A DNA stretch of 64,000 bases. Source: a virus. Positions 47,679 to 56,205 of this stretch are shown piece by piece. The notes beneath the pieces are model-generated. The model was given only the letters and a program-made list of their open reading frames with translations. It was not told the origin of the DNA and ran no database searches. Position numbers and translations under genes: made by a program. The number at the start of each line of letters is the position of its first letter. Position 1 is the stretch's first letter. Location: positions 55,028 to 119,027 of the IMG/VR virus record IMGVR_UViG_3300027801_001493, one strand, 5' to 3'.

Positions 47679-48323
47679 TTAGAAGGATTTGCTAACTCTG
47701 ACGACAAAAGCGTCTTCATCAACTGCATTGGATCCACTATCTGCTGTGAAATCCACATAACTAGCAACTGCATCTAAGCCCAAAGGCAATTCGAAACTTT
47801 TGCTGATTGTGTAGTGATCACCGACAGTATCCAGTGTACCATACGAGACATCCACAAAGTCCATTACATTGTAACTGACTAATGAATAGTCGTTATAATC
47901 TTCCTGTCCGATTGTGTGTGAAAGCGTAAGATCGCCGAACGAACCAGATACTGTATACTCGGAACCATCCAAAGATGAATCTCCGCTGTATGAGTAGTCT
48001 GTGTATTGTACGCCTACAGAAATCATATCACTTAGTTCGTGCTGATATCCTGCATACATATCAATCTCTGCATCAGCGTCACCGCCTGCAAAGTCGACTT
48101 CACCAACCCATACACCGACATAAGCGCCGTTCTCGAAATCTAAATCAATAGATCCGAAAGCAAAGCCACTGCCTTGTGTCTGAGTCTGTCCTCTGAAAAT
48201 ATAGTCATTTCCATAACCAATACTTCCGCCTAAAGATGCCGCATTGGCACCAAACGCCATTACAGACAATAGTAATACAACTAGTATCTTAAATGCGTTA
48301 TCAATGTTGAATAAATCTTTCAT
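47679..48323 (-). CDS. TorF/TIGR02001-family outer-membrane beta-barrel
   Basis: Signal peptide, DYIFRGQTQT, G.YVGVW, EIDMYAGY, C-terminal Phe (SKSF). Confidence 0.82.
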   Translation of the reverse strand: MKDLFNIDNAFKILVVLLLSVMAFGANAASLGGSIGYGNDYIFRGQTQTQGSGFAFGSIDLDFENGAYVGVWVGEVDFAGGDADAEIDMYAGYQHELSDMISVGVQYTDYSYSGDSSLDGSEYTVSGSFGDLTLSHTIGQEDYNDYSLVSYNVMDFVDVSYGTLDTVGDHYTISKSFELPLGLDAVASYVDFTADSGSNAVDEDAFVVRVSKSF

Positions 48324-48402
48324 TTTATTCCTCCTTTTTTTGTATACTTTGGCTTCCTAGACAGAATAGAATTACCCTGCCAATTGTCCCAAGCATTATT
48401 AT

Positions 48403-48430
48403 ATTATACACATTTTTGCAAACATGTCAA
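48403..48430 (-). promoter_or_regulatory. sigma70-type promoter for porin gene
   Basis: TTGACA-N16-TATAAT. Confidence 0.7.
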
Positions 48431-48507
48431 GTCTTTATATAAAACTATTGGGAGGATAGGATTGATTGGTACTAGTATTTACCATATCTACAAGGTTTTT
48501 AAATCAT

Positions 48508-48532
48508 AAAAAAAGGACCCGAAGGTCCTTTT
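48508..48532 (-). terminator. Intrinsic terminator
   Basis: AAAAGGACC-CGAA-GGTCCTTTT; T7 tail on minus strand. Confidence 0.8.
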
Positions 48533-48548
48533 AATATATCGTAATTAC

Positions 48549-48815
48549 TTACGAATTAGCCATTGCTTTATAACCAGCGGCAATAATAGCTCTTGAAGGC
48601 GTACCTAATCTGTACACGTTTCTTGAACGATTTTTTGTGTCAGTCACAACATTCAAATAGATCGGAAATCCTTTGAATCTTAATGATTGAATTACTGCTT
48701 GTGGGTTACCAGCACCAAAAAATGATTTGATTTGTGCTGAGGATAGAGTTCTGCCTTCTTGTAAAGCTGATAGAACTTTTTGCTCTTTAGTTAGAGTTAC
48801 TGTTGATGTAGTCAT
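48549..48815 (-). CDS. Winged-HTH-like DNA-binding protein
   Basis: KVLSALQEG..LS..QI...FG.GNP...I..LRFKG...Y. Confidence 0.65.
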   Translation of the reverse strand: MTTSTVTLTKEQKVLSALQEGRTLSSAQIKSFFGAGNPQAVIQSLRFKGFPIYLNVVTDTKNRSRNVYRLGTPSRAIIAAGYKAMANS

Positions 48816-48867
48816 ATGACCTCCTAGATCAATTAACTGCTAAGGAACATTCCTTAACATAGTGTAT

Positions 48868-48895
48868 ATTATACAGGTATTAGATTGAATGTCAA
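48868..48895 (-). promoter_or_regulatory. sigma70-type promoter
   Basis: TTGACA-N16-TATAAT. Confidence 0.7.
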
Positions 48896-48902
48896 CCTTT
48901 TT

Positions 48903-49340
48903 CTAAGAATCGTTGCTAACTACACGTTTGCGTAACGAAGTGCTACTAAAACTATGGTCTCTAGGGTTGTATATAACTTTGCAACCACGTTGCTTGGCTA
49001 TATCTTTACCCGTAAAGTCTTTGCTTTTGTATTCATCTCCTAAAACCCTAACATTAATAGGTAACGTTAGTAGTAGGTCGGTTAGGTCTTTTTCAGTATT
49101 GTAAATAATAATTTCATCTACATACTTTACAGCCGCTAGTTGTATTTGTCTTTCAACAATACTTTGTACTGGCTTGTTCTTTTCTGGACGGTCTTCAGTA
49201 GGGTCATTTTGTAAACCTACTATTAAATAATCGCAGTGATGTTTGGCTTCTTCAAGCATAACAATATGCCCTGCGTGTAGTAAATCGAATGTACTACAAG
49301 TGAATCCTATAGTACCGGAACCTTTATAATCAAGTTTCAT
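48903..49340 (-). CDS. Cytidylyltransferase (TagD-like, HIGH superfamily)
   Basis: TFDLLHAGH, VKYVDE, SSTSLR. Confidence 0.85.
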   Translation of the reverse strand: MKLDYKGSGTIGFTCSTFDLLHAGHIVMLEEAKHHCDYLIVGLQNDPTEDRPEKNKPVQSIVERQIQLAAVKYVDEIIIYNTEKDLTDLLLTLPINVRVLGDEYKSKDFTGKDIAKQRGCKVIYNPRDHSFSSTSLRKRVVSNDS

Positions 49341-49518
49341 TGTCTGCCTTTGCTCCGTTTTCTAATAAAAAACCGTAATGACCTTTAGCAACATACTCTT
49401 TGATTCTTTCCCTAGCAACATAACCATAGTTCATTATTTCTTCATCGTGTGGTACTTCTATTTGCACGGTCATTCGTATCATGCCTTTAGGTATTGGAGT
49501 TGTTCTAGGTACAGACAT
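49330..49518 (-). CDS. Hypothetical protein
   Basis: 62-aa coupled ORF. Confidence 0.55.
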   Translation of the reverse strand: MSVPRTTPIPKGMIRMTVQIEVPHDEEIMNYGYVARERIKEYVAKGHYGFLLENGAKADNET

Positions 49519-49958
49519 TATGAGTAATCTTTTAGCATCTTCTTAAGTTCCAATGCATGTTGTTCTTCCTGACCTATCTGTCCACGTGCATATTCTTCTA
49601 AGTAAATACTTGCATCGCTTACTGCTTCTAGTAAGTGTTTATATAGACCAACAGCATGTAATTCGTGTGCTAAACTCTCTTCTAATATTTGTACAACTGA
49701 ATGATTATGTGACTCTTCGATAGGTGCAATCTGTTGACTTGGATGTCCATCTAAGCCTGTAATAAGTTCGCCTGCCGCTAAGGCATGTGCTAAACTTTCT
49801 GTTGCTTGTTCTTGTAGGAATGTTACAATAGGTATTCTATTAGGACCTGTGACCATTAATGAACTGTGAGTGTATCTAATTACTCCAGCCATTTCGTATT
49901 CCATAATCTCGTTAAGTATAATACATACTTTGTTCGTATCTAGATCTTGCATTTCCAT
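49518..49958 (-). CDS. Ferritin/bacterioferritin-like protein
   Basis: Ferroxidase-type E...ExxH...E...ExxH (EYE, ESLAH, ESLAHE, EEQH). Confidence 0.85.
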   Translation of the reverse strand: MEMQDLDTNKVCIILNEIMEYEMAGVIRYTHSSLMVTGPNRIPIVTFLQEQATESLAHALAAGELITGLDGHPSQQIAPIEESHNHSVVQILEESLAHELHAVGLYKHLLEAVSDASIYLEEYARGQIGQEEQHALELKKMLKDYS

Positions 49959-50735
49959 TTATTCTCCGTCATAGTACGATAGTCTTTCGATATCGTCTTC
50001 ATGTGTGTCACCACCGTATTGTATTTCTATTATATGACAATTCTCTGTGGTCCTATTAACTATTTGATGCCATTCGTTACGTCTAACTGTAAACGATTCA
50101 TCTGTGCGTAATGTTCGTAATGTAAAGTTATCTGGATATTTAGGATAAATGCCATGCTTTATTTCGCATTCGCCTTTACTAACAAACCAAATCTCGTCAC
50201 GTTTAAAATGTCTTTGGTAACTGATCCCTTTGCCAGGCTCAATTATAAGTTCTTTAACACGAACTGCTTCATCTTGAAACAAGTCACTAAACTCGCCCCA
50301 TACTCTGCGTTCAGTTGGATACTGCCATTCCTTTAATATCCAACTACTGCTGTTGGACTTAATTTTACTGCCAACACCAAATATAAATTCAATACCTTCA
50401 ACTGTCATTTCTGGTATGTTATCTTTTGAACGGTCGCCGCCATTACAAAATAGTATCTCACGTGAAGGATATGCTTTCTTGGCTTGTTCCAATGCTTTGC
50501 ATACACTTCCGTCGGAGTCATCAAAACCCCATACACTATCTACCATATCTAATCTGTCGATAATACATGCCCTTTCTTCAAAAGACATAAACGGTCTACC
50601 TTTTTTGCGAGTTAACCATTCATCACTGTTAAGTGCTACAATTAACTTGTCGCCTAGTTGGGCCGCCTCTGACAAGTAGGCGATATGACCGCTATGTAAA
50701 GGATCAAATCCTCCACTAACGATTACTACTTTCAC
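49959..50735 (-). CDS. Cytidylyltransferase fused to cupin (PMI type II-like) domain
   Basis: SGGFDPLHSGH, NGGDR, SSS; then SYQRH..RDE.W and WHQI. Confidence 0.85.
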   Translation of the reverse strand: MKVVIVSGGFDPLHSGHIAYLSEAAQLGDKLIVALNSDEWLTRKKGRPFMSFEERACIIDRLDMVDSVWGFDDSDGSVCKALEQAKKAYPSREILFCNGGDRSKDNIPEMTVEGIEFIFGVGSKIKSNSSSWILKEWQYPTERRVWGEFSDLFQDEAVRVKELIIEPGKGISYQRHFKRDEIWFVSKGECEIKHGIYPKYPDNFTLRTLRTDESFTVRRNEWHQIVNRTTENCHIIEIQYGGDTHEDDIERLSYYDGE

Positions 50736-51160
50736 GAATGAAAAGGACCTTTCTTACGAAGTTGAATTTGTAGTTTCGCCTTCACAAGTGCATGTTTCCT
50801 AGTTTTTCTTTTATCTTTCATCCATTTAGTTCCAGTAGGTTCGTACTGTCGTTGAGCTCCGGAGGCTTCCATATCACGTACTTGTTTGCTCCAACGCTTC
50901 TTCGCTTGGTCTTTCATACGCTTTCTTTTCTGACTCGGTTTCTCAAAATATTGTAGTTTAGACATAGTTTTTTGGAACTCTGCTTTTTCTAAACGCTTCT
51001 TCAATATTCTTAATGCTTTACCAACATCACCATTTCTAACTTCTACACCTGGTTTATAGGCGTCAAGATAGTGTGGCTCTACTCTTGGCTTGTCATCACG
51101 TTTTCTAGAATTAAAATCTCTAGTGAACGTTTTATTATTGTTATCTCGATTATAACTCAC
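50732..51160 (-). CDS. rpsU: 30S ribosomal protein bS21 with N- and C-terminal extensions
   Basis: VEVRNGDVGKALRILKK...YFEKPSQKRKR core; GTG start with GAGGT SD. Confidence 0.82.
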   Translation of the reverse strand: MSYNRDNNNKTFTRDFNSRKRDDKPRVEPHYLDAYKPGVEVRNGDVGKALRILKKRLEKAEFQKTMSKLQYFEKPSQKRKRMKDQAKKRWSKQVRDMEASGAQRQYEPTGTKWMKDKRKTRKHALVKAKLQIQLRKKGPFHS

Positions 51161-52421
51161 TTTTACCTCTAAGTTTAATTTTATAGTGTCTATCAATTTC
51201 ACTATTGCCGTTAGTATACACAAATATAGGATGCAAGTCAACCGTTTTAGGATACTTATTAAATATCACTTGTTGCACATTATCCTGTCTTAACATTGGA
51301 GCCCTAAACATTATATTGTGTAAACTGTTTTCTACAATGCTTTTTAATCCTCTCGCTCCAACTTTTTTCGTTACAGCAATCTCGGCAACGTCTTTAAGAT
51401 ATTGCTCCTCAAACTGTAATTCTATTTCATCTAATTCTAATAATTTTGTTACCTGTGTAATACAACTGGATTTAGCATTAGTAAGTATTCTAAACATATC
51501 ATCTTGATCTAAATCTTCTAGTCCTACAATGTTAGGTAACCTGCCAGCAAACTCTGGAATTAATCCATAGCTGATAATGTCATCATGTTCTACATGGTCC
51601 AGCCAATTTATATCTGTTTTCTTACTGTGAACTTTTTGATTGAATCCTATTGATCCTTTCTTTAATTTTTTGTTAACAATCTTATCTAACCCTACAAATG
51701 CTCCGCCTACTATAAACAATACGTCTTTAGTATCGAATTCAATAAAGTCATCCATACGCTTTGAGCCGTTAGTGGAAATCTTTACAGTAGTTCCTTCTAT
51801 TAGTCTTAAGAGTGCTTGTTGTACACCTTCGCCACTAATATCCTTTGTACCGGTGTTAGACTCACTGCTACGAGCCTTTTTATCAATCTCGTCTATGAAT
51901 ACTATACCCTTCTGTGCTTTTTCTACGTTCCAGTCACATGTATTAAGTAGTCGTTCTATCACACTTTCCACATCTTCGCCAACGTACCCTGCTTCAGTAA
52001 GTGTAGTTGCATCTGCTATAGCAAATGGCACACCTAATTTCCTAGCAAGTGTTTGTACTATAAGTGTTTTACCTGTACCAGTGCTACCTATTAATAGTAC
52101 ATTACTCTTTTCGATACTGTCTTTTTCATCGCTGTAGTAAGTTTTCTTATAATGGTTGTATGCACACACACTTAGAATCTCTTTTGCATACTCCTGGCTG
52201 ATTACATATTCATCTAAGTAATCTTTAATTTCTTGTGGGGTGGGGATATCTTCCAGTTCCATGTCTGGAGTAGTATCGTAATCCTCGTTGATAATTTTAT
52301 GACTTATACTTACACATTCATTACAAATATACGAGTTAGGTCCGGCGATTAGTTTACGCACATCATGTCGTTTCTTACCACAGAAACTGCATTCTAGGTT
52401 ACTATCTTTATTATCGGACAT
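51150..52421 (-). CDS. clpX: ClpX ATPase
   Basis: CSFC/CNEC Zn finger, GSTGTGKT, EAGYVGEDVE, DEIDK, IGF loop, GARGL. Confidence 0.96.
   Translation of the reverse strand: MSDNKDSNLECSFCGKKRHDVRKLIAGPNSYICNECVSISHKIINEDYDTTPDMELEDIPTPQEIKDYLDEYVISQEYAKEILSVCAYNHYKKTYYSDEKDSIEKSNVLLIGSTGTGKTLIVQTLARKLGVPFAIADATTLTEAGYVGEDVESVIERLLNTCDWNVEKAQKGIVFIDEIDKKARSSESNTGTKDISGEGVQQALLRLIEGTTVKISTNGSKRMDDFIEFDTKDVLFIVGGAFVGLDKIVNKKLKKGSIGFNQKVHSKKTDINWLDHVEHDDIISYGLIPEFAGRLPNIVGLEDLDQDDMFRILTNAKSSCITQVTKLLELDEIELQFEEQYLKDVAEIAVTKKVGARGLKSIVENSLHNIMFRAPMLRQDNVQQVIFNKYPKTVDLHPIFVYTNGNSEIDRHYKIKLRGKSEL
51213..51241 (-). promoter_or_regulatory. sigma70-type promoter inside clpX 3' end, upstream of rpsU
   Basis: TTGACT-N17-TATACT. 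Confidence 0.6.
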
Positions 52422-53014
52422 TATTTTGTGGTATACCTCAAGTTATCTGGATCTGGTTTATCATTATCGTCTTTTGGTAATGGTATAGCCCAAAACCCTA
52501 ATGTACGATTAACTTCTTCTTCACTTGTCTTTGTAAGCATATTTAATATTTCTTCCTCAGTATACCCTTCTTTATTGAACTCGCTTTCGGACATAATCCT
52601 TGCGGCTTCAATTAAGTTGTTAGCATTAGCCTTTTCAACTACCGAAGGCTTAACTGCTAAACGTTGTTCTAATTCTTCTATCTTGCTGTTATCTGTCCTG
52701 ACTACGACTCGTTCTGCTCCGGGTACTTTAACAATTCGTTCGACGATTCGCTCGGGTCCTGGGACTTCAACAATTCGTTCTGGTCCGGGTACTTCAACAA
52801 TACGCTCGGGTCCTGGCACTTCCTTTTCGACAATGCGAATTGTCTCCTTCTCGACCTCGACTGGTTTCTCAACTGTGATGATCTTTTCAACTTCAATCTC
52901 CTTAGTAACTATTACTTCTTTAATAACTTCAACTGGGACTTCAACTGGTACTTCTACTTCTACTATCTTTTCAACTTGTTTCTCTATTATAACTTCTTTC
53001 GGCTTGTCATTCAA
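52421..53014 (-). CDS. Repeat-rich ORF, probably the -1 frameshifted C-terminus of 53065..54471
   Basis: Only a TTG start, no clear SD; frame open to 53089 across the A9 run. Confidence 0.65.
   Translation of the reverse strand: MNDKPKEVIIEKQVEKIVEVEVPVEVPVEVIKEVIVTKEIEVEKIITVEKPVEVEKETIRIVEKEVPGPERIVEVPGPERIVEVPGPERIVERIVKVPGAERVVVRTDNSKIEELEQRLAVKPSVVEKANANNLIEAARIMSESEFNKEGYTEEEILNMLTKTSEEEVNRTLGFWAIPLPKDDNDKPDPDNLRYTTK
52700..52990 (-). repeat. Coding repeats: about 27-nt units (EVPGPERIV x3-4) and VEV/EKI repeats
   Basis: Visible in DNA and translation. Confidence 0.85.
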
Positions 53015-53064
53015 GAGTTTTAATGTCTTTTCGTATTTTTCGTTTAAGGATTTAAGACTTTCTT

Positions 53065-54471
53065 CTAGTCTTTTTTTTTGGAGGCGCTTTCAGCCATTGC
53101 TGTAGCGGCATCGTCTGATGCATTTTGTTGTGCTAACCTATCTGCAACTAGTTGTTCTTTTAGATGATTAATTTGCCCTTCCATAAGAGCTCGTTCTTCA
53201 TCATCTTCAACATTCCCCAAATCTTTATTATCCCATGCCTGTTCTAATTCATTTTGTGGAGGAGGTTCTGTTGGTGTAGGTGGTACTGGAGGTCCTTTGG
53301 ACTCTAGATTAATTCCGTGCCTAAGTAATGTTTGGTTAGCCGCAATAATTAATATAACTGCTAATGGATCGAACACAAACACCAGTAACAATATAAACAA
53401 TCGTACTGCTTTATCTAATACGTCTGCACTATCGTCACCGTAAACTAATTGAGCCACATATTTAATAGGCCCAACTTCCTTCTCTAATTCTCTTACTATA
53501 CTTTCGGCTTCAAACTTTTCATCTTTAATTACTATTAAGCCATCGTATATTGTATCAATTTGTTCGTTGTAGTCATCTACTTTAACTAATGCTTGATCTT
53601 GGTCAGCACTACTGCTAGTTCGCAATTTGTTAATTTCTGTATTGGCGTTTTCTATTGTTTTCTGTGCCTGTGCTCTATAATTGTCTATGTTTGATTGTTG
53701 AATGTTTATGTCTGTCTGTGCTCTTGTACGCAAATTATCTTTTTCATCTGCTATAGCATCACGTTCTGCTTTCTGTTCTTGTCTTACTTCGTTTGCTTTT
53801 GCAACATTGTCAACTGTTTCTGTTTCAGCACTTCTAAATAAGCCGCCAGCATCTGTTTCTGTAGTAACAGTTCCTTGGCTCGCATAACTGTTTACAATGC
53901 TATCTAACGGTATTAGTTTATCATCTTGTGCTTTGAGATCAATAACTAGTTGGTCTCTTACACTTTGGATTTGTCCTTGTGCATAGTCAATGTCACCTTG
54001 TACTCTTTCCCAAGCACCGTCTCTTATATCTTCCTGTTGTTGTATACTTGAACTAACATCCATACCATCACTATTAAGGAAGTCGGCAATACGGTCTTCA
54101 AGTATTGAAATTTTGTTTTCTTCTCTAGCAACTTTACTTTCTAGTCTTTCGACTATAGCAAATGCATCTCCGCTTTCGCCTGCTTGATCCAAATGTGCTT
54201 TTGAAAGGTATCCAAATATGCCCATTGATGTTATCAACATTAATACTGCTACAGCAACACTTAGATAACTTTTTAATAGTATTCCGGTCTCGTCCCAATA
54301 TCTATACAGCCAACTTGCTGTAAGTAATTTGCCTACTTCTAGTACGCCAGCCATCACTGCTATTGGCATAGCGGCGGCGGAGAAAATACTCATGAGCCCT
54401 ATAATAGAGAACCAAGCGGCTACCCCGGCAATTGCCAAGGCTGTTATTAGTGTTAATATCCCGAATAGCAT
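53065..54471 (-). CDS. Membrane-anchored long coiled-coil protein
   Basis: Three N-terminal TM helices, long coiled coil, TM LLVFVFDPLAVILII, Pro-rich linker. Confidence 0.8.
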   Translation of the reverse strand: MLFGILTLITALAIAGVAAWFSIIGLMSIFSAAAMPIAVMAGVLEVGKLLTASWLYRYWDETGILLKSYLSVAVAVLMLITSMGIFGYLSKAHLDQAGESGDAFAIVERLESKVAREENKISILEDRIADFLNSDGMDVSSSIQQQEDIRDGAWERVQGDIDYAQGQIQSVRDQLVIDLKAQDDKLIPLDSIVNSYASQGTVTTETDAGGLFRSAETETVDNVAKANEVRQEQKAERDAIADEKDNLRTRAQTDINIQQSNIDNYRAQAQKTIENANTEINKLRTSSSADQDQALVKVDDYNEQIDTIYDGLIVIKDEKFEAESIVRELEKEVGPIKYVAQLVYGDDSADVLDKAVRLFILLLVFVFDPLAVILIIAANQTLLRHGINLESKGPPVPPTPTEPPPQNELEQAWDNKDLGNVEDDEERALMEGQINHLKEQLVADRLAQQNASDDAATAMAESASKKKD

Positions 54472-54502
54472 AACATATATTTATCCAAAGCTAAATACTT
54501 AT

Positions 54503-55084
54503 ATGGAACTTAATTGGACACATAATAGAGAACTACAAGAGCTGAAATGCTTTATAAACGACCAACTATGGTACACTACTAATAACGGTGGCAATACTAT
54601 AATTAAACATTATTACGAAGCAGATATTTGTAATCAAACAATACTACAGTTAACAATGGAGCATGATTCTTGGGGTGATGAAAAGTTTTGGCTATCAGAG
54701 AATTATCCAGAGCTAGGGCAATATAACCCTATTGACGTAGCAGATGAATTACAAGAGCAATGGATGGTCAAAAATAACTGGCAATCTGCTATGCCGTTAT
54801 TTGGCATAAGCAGTGATGGTGGATATCTAGACAGGCTTCAACGTACTGATGCTGTACAAGAAGGCATAGACATGACAGCCCACTATCAATCTGAATTAAC
54901 AAAAACTTGGATTGAGAAAGACTCAGATGGTAATTTTTTTAAACGAGAATGGTGTGATGAAAACAATAGTTTTTATAATATTCAGCCTTGTTGCGTATTT
55001 CCAACAAATCCAGGAAGAACACCATTGAGCGATGCAGATGTAAATAGAATAATATCATTAAGTGAAATGGGCCAGCGTTCATAG
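54503..55084 (+). CDS. Hypothetical protein
   Basis: Start revised to MELNWTH after TAAATA motif. Confidence 0.6.
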   Translation: MELNWTHNRELQELKCFINDQLWYTTNNGGNTIIKHYYEADICNQTILQLTMEHDSWGDEKFWLSENYPELGQYNPIDVADELQEQWMVKNNWQSAMPLFGISSDGGYLDRLQRTDAVQEGIDMTAHYQSELTKTWIEKDSDGNFFKREWCDENNSFYNIQPCCVFPTNPGRTPLSDADVNRIISLSEMGQRS

Positions 55085-55110
55085 GACTTACTATTACTAA
55101 CTGGCTATCT

Positions 55111-55136
55111 ACACAAGGCTTGCGCCTTTTTTGTGT
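55111..55136 (+). terminator. Intrinsic terminator
   Basis: AAGGC-TTGC-GCCTT plus T tract. Confidence 0.7.
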
Positions 55137-55149
55137 GCCTTAACTCTCT

Positions 55150-55335
55150 AGGATTACTTGCCCCTCAAGTTTTATCACACCTGTTTCTACTCTAAGTTTT
55201 GATTTAACGTCAGCAAAACTACCTTTCTACAACTTGAACTTAATCAAGGAGATCCGGATCTAAAAGGTGACATCCTTTCGTTTTTGTTGTTTAGAGTCTG
55301 TACAAAACTAGGGCCGAACCCAAAAATCAGACTAT
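55150..55335 (-). ncRNA. Candidate multibranched ncRNA
   Basis: Eight complementary segments in about 185 nt, several nested; no plausible ORF. Confidence 0.45.
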
Positions 55336-55340
55336 AGAAA

Positions 55341-55832
55341 CTATGTTAGAGGAGCATCTATAAAACGCACCTTTGTGTGGTCATTCAGTTCAACCGTTGC
55401 ACTATTATGTTCGTGTTCTCTTACTGTGGTCCGTTGTACCCAACATCTTCCATTTGTTAATTCTTTAACAATTTCATCTGCTTTGTCAAAAGCCATTTCA
55501 GCAAACCGTTCACAACCTGTGTGTGAAACAAGTCTCATGTCAATAAGATTTTTCTCTTGTAACATTTTAATTGTTTCCATCTCTGGATCGTTTTCGGCTA
55601 CCAAGTAAGTATGGTCAAACATATATTTCAACCATTCTTTAAGTGGCTTCAATCCACCAAAGTCTACAATCCAATTACTAGAATCCAATTCGTCACCAGC
55701 AAAGGTGAATTCAAACTGTAATGCATATCCGTGTATTAAATTACAATGACTTTCTGCTTTCCATTGTCTAAATGCACAACTATGTCCAGTAGAATGACTA
55801 TAGGTTTTTCCGCTGTAAAATCTCTTATTCAT
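55341..55832 (-). CDS. queD: 6-carboxy-5,6,7,8-tetrahydropterin synthase
   Basis: HC...HGY, IVDFGGLK, FDH..L, E..A, VRE...NSA. Confidence 0.85.
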   Translation of the reverse strand: MNKRFYSGKTYSHSTGHSCAFRQWKAESHCNLIHGYALQFEFTFAGDELDSSNWIVDFGGLKPLKEWLKYMFDHTYLVAENDPEMETIKMLQEKNLIDMRLVSHTGCERFAEMAFDKADEIVKELTNGRCWVQRTTVREHEHNSATVELNDHTKVRFIDAPLT

Positions 55833-56119
55833 TATAGGCTTACTATTTTAGATGTTTGTTTTTTATATCCTTTGGCAACTTCTTCCATTGTCGCCCCAAT
55901 AGACATAATGTGGCGTGTGGAAATTTTTATTGTTGACTCTGGTTCTACAGTCATCAAGTACGGCATTAGTCCCAAGCCTTTTTCACTACGCCCAACAATT
56001 AATGGCTGTTCGATAGTTACTTCTTTTGTATCTTCTTCTCTGAGAGTGCCAACTAGCTCTTCGCCAGTGCTGAGTCTTAGTGAAACAATCTCACCTTTCT
56101 TTACTATATTTACTAACAT
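55832..56119 (-). CDS. Sm-like fold protein
   Basis: IVSLRLSTGEELVGTL...LMPY. Confidence 0.65.
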   Translation of the reverse strand: MLVNIVKKGEIVSLRLSTGEELVGTLREEDTKEVTIEQPLIVGRSEKGLGLMPYLMTVEPESTIKISTRHIMSIGATMEEVAKGYKKQTSKIVSL

Positions 56120-56146
56120 AAGGAATCCCTTTTAAATTTAAATATT

Positions 56147-56175
56147 ATTATAACGCAATATTTAGACAATGTCAA
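56147..56175 (-). promoter_or_regulatory. sigma70-type promoter
   Basis: TTGACA-N17-TATAAT. Confidence 0.8.
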
Positions 56176-56205
56176 GGAAATTCCTTAGTTATTTTGGTAA
56201 ATGTA

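Noticed and set aside
48903-50735. HIGH-motif proteins as NadD/NMNAT partners of NadE
   Set aside because: Motifs (FDLLHAGH, GGFDPLHSGH, NGGDR) fit TagD/RfaE-type cytidylyl or adenylyltransferases better; not excluded without a profile search.
51161-51241. 27-aa N-terminal extension of the S21 ORF in the track
   Set aside because: It overlaps clpX and the promoter; GTG at 51160 has a GAGGT SD.
52428-53105. 225-aa plus-strand ORF
   Set aside because: Antisense product of the repetitive minus-strand coding sequence.
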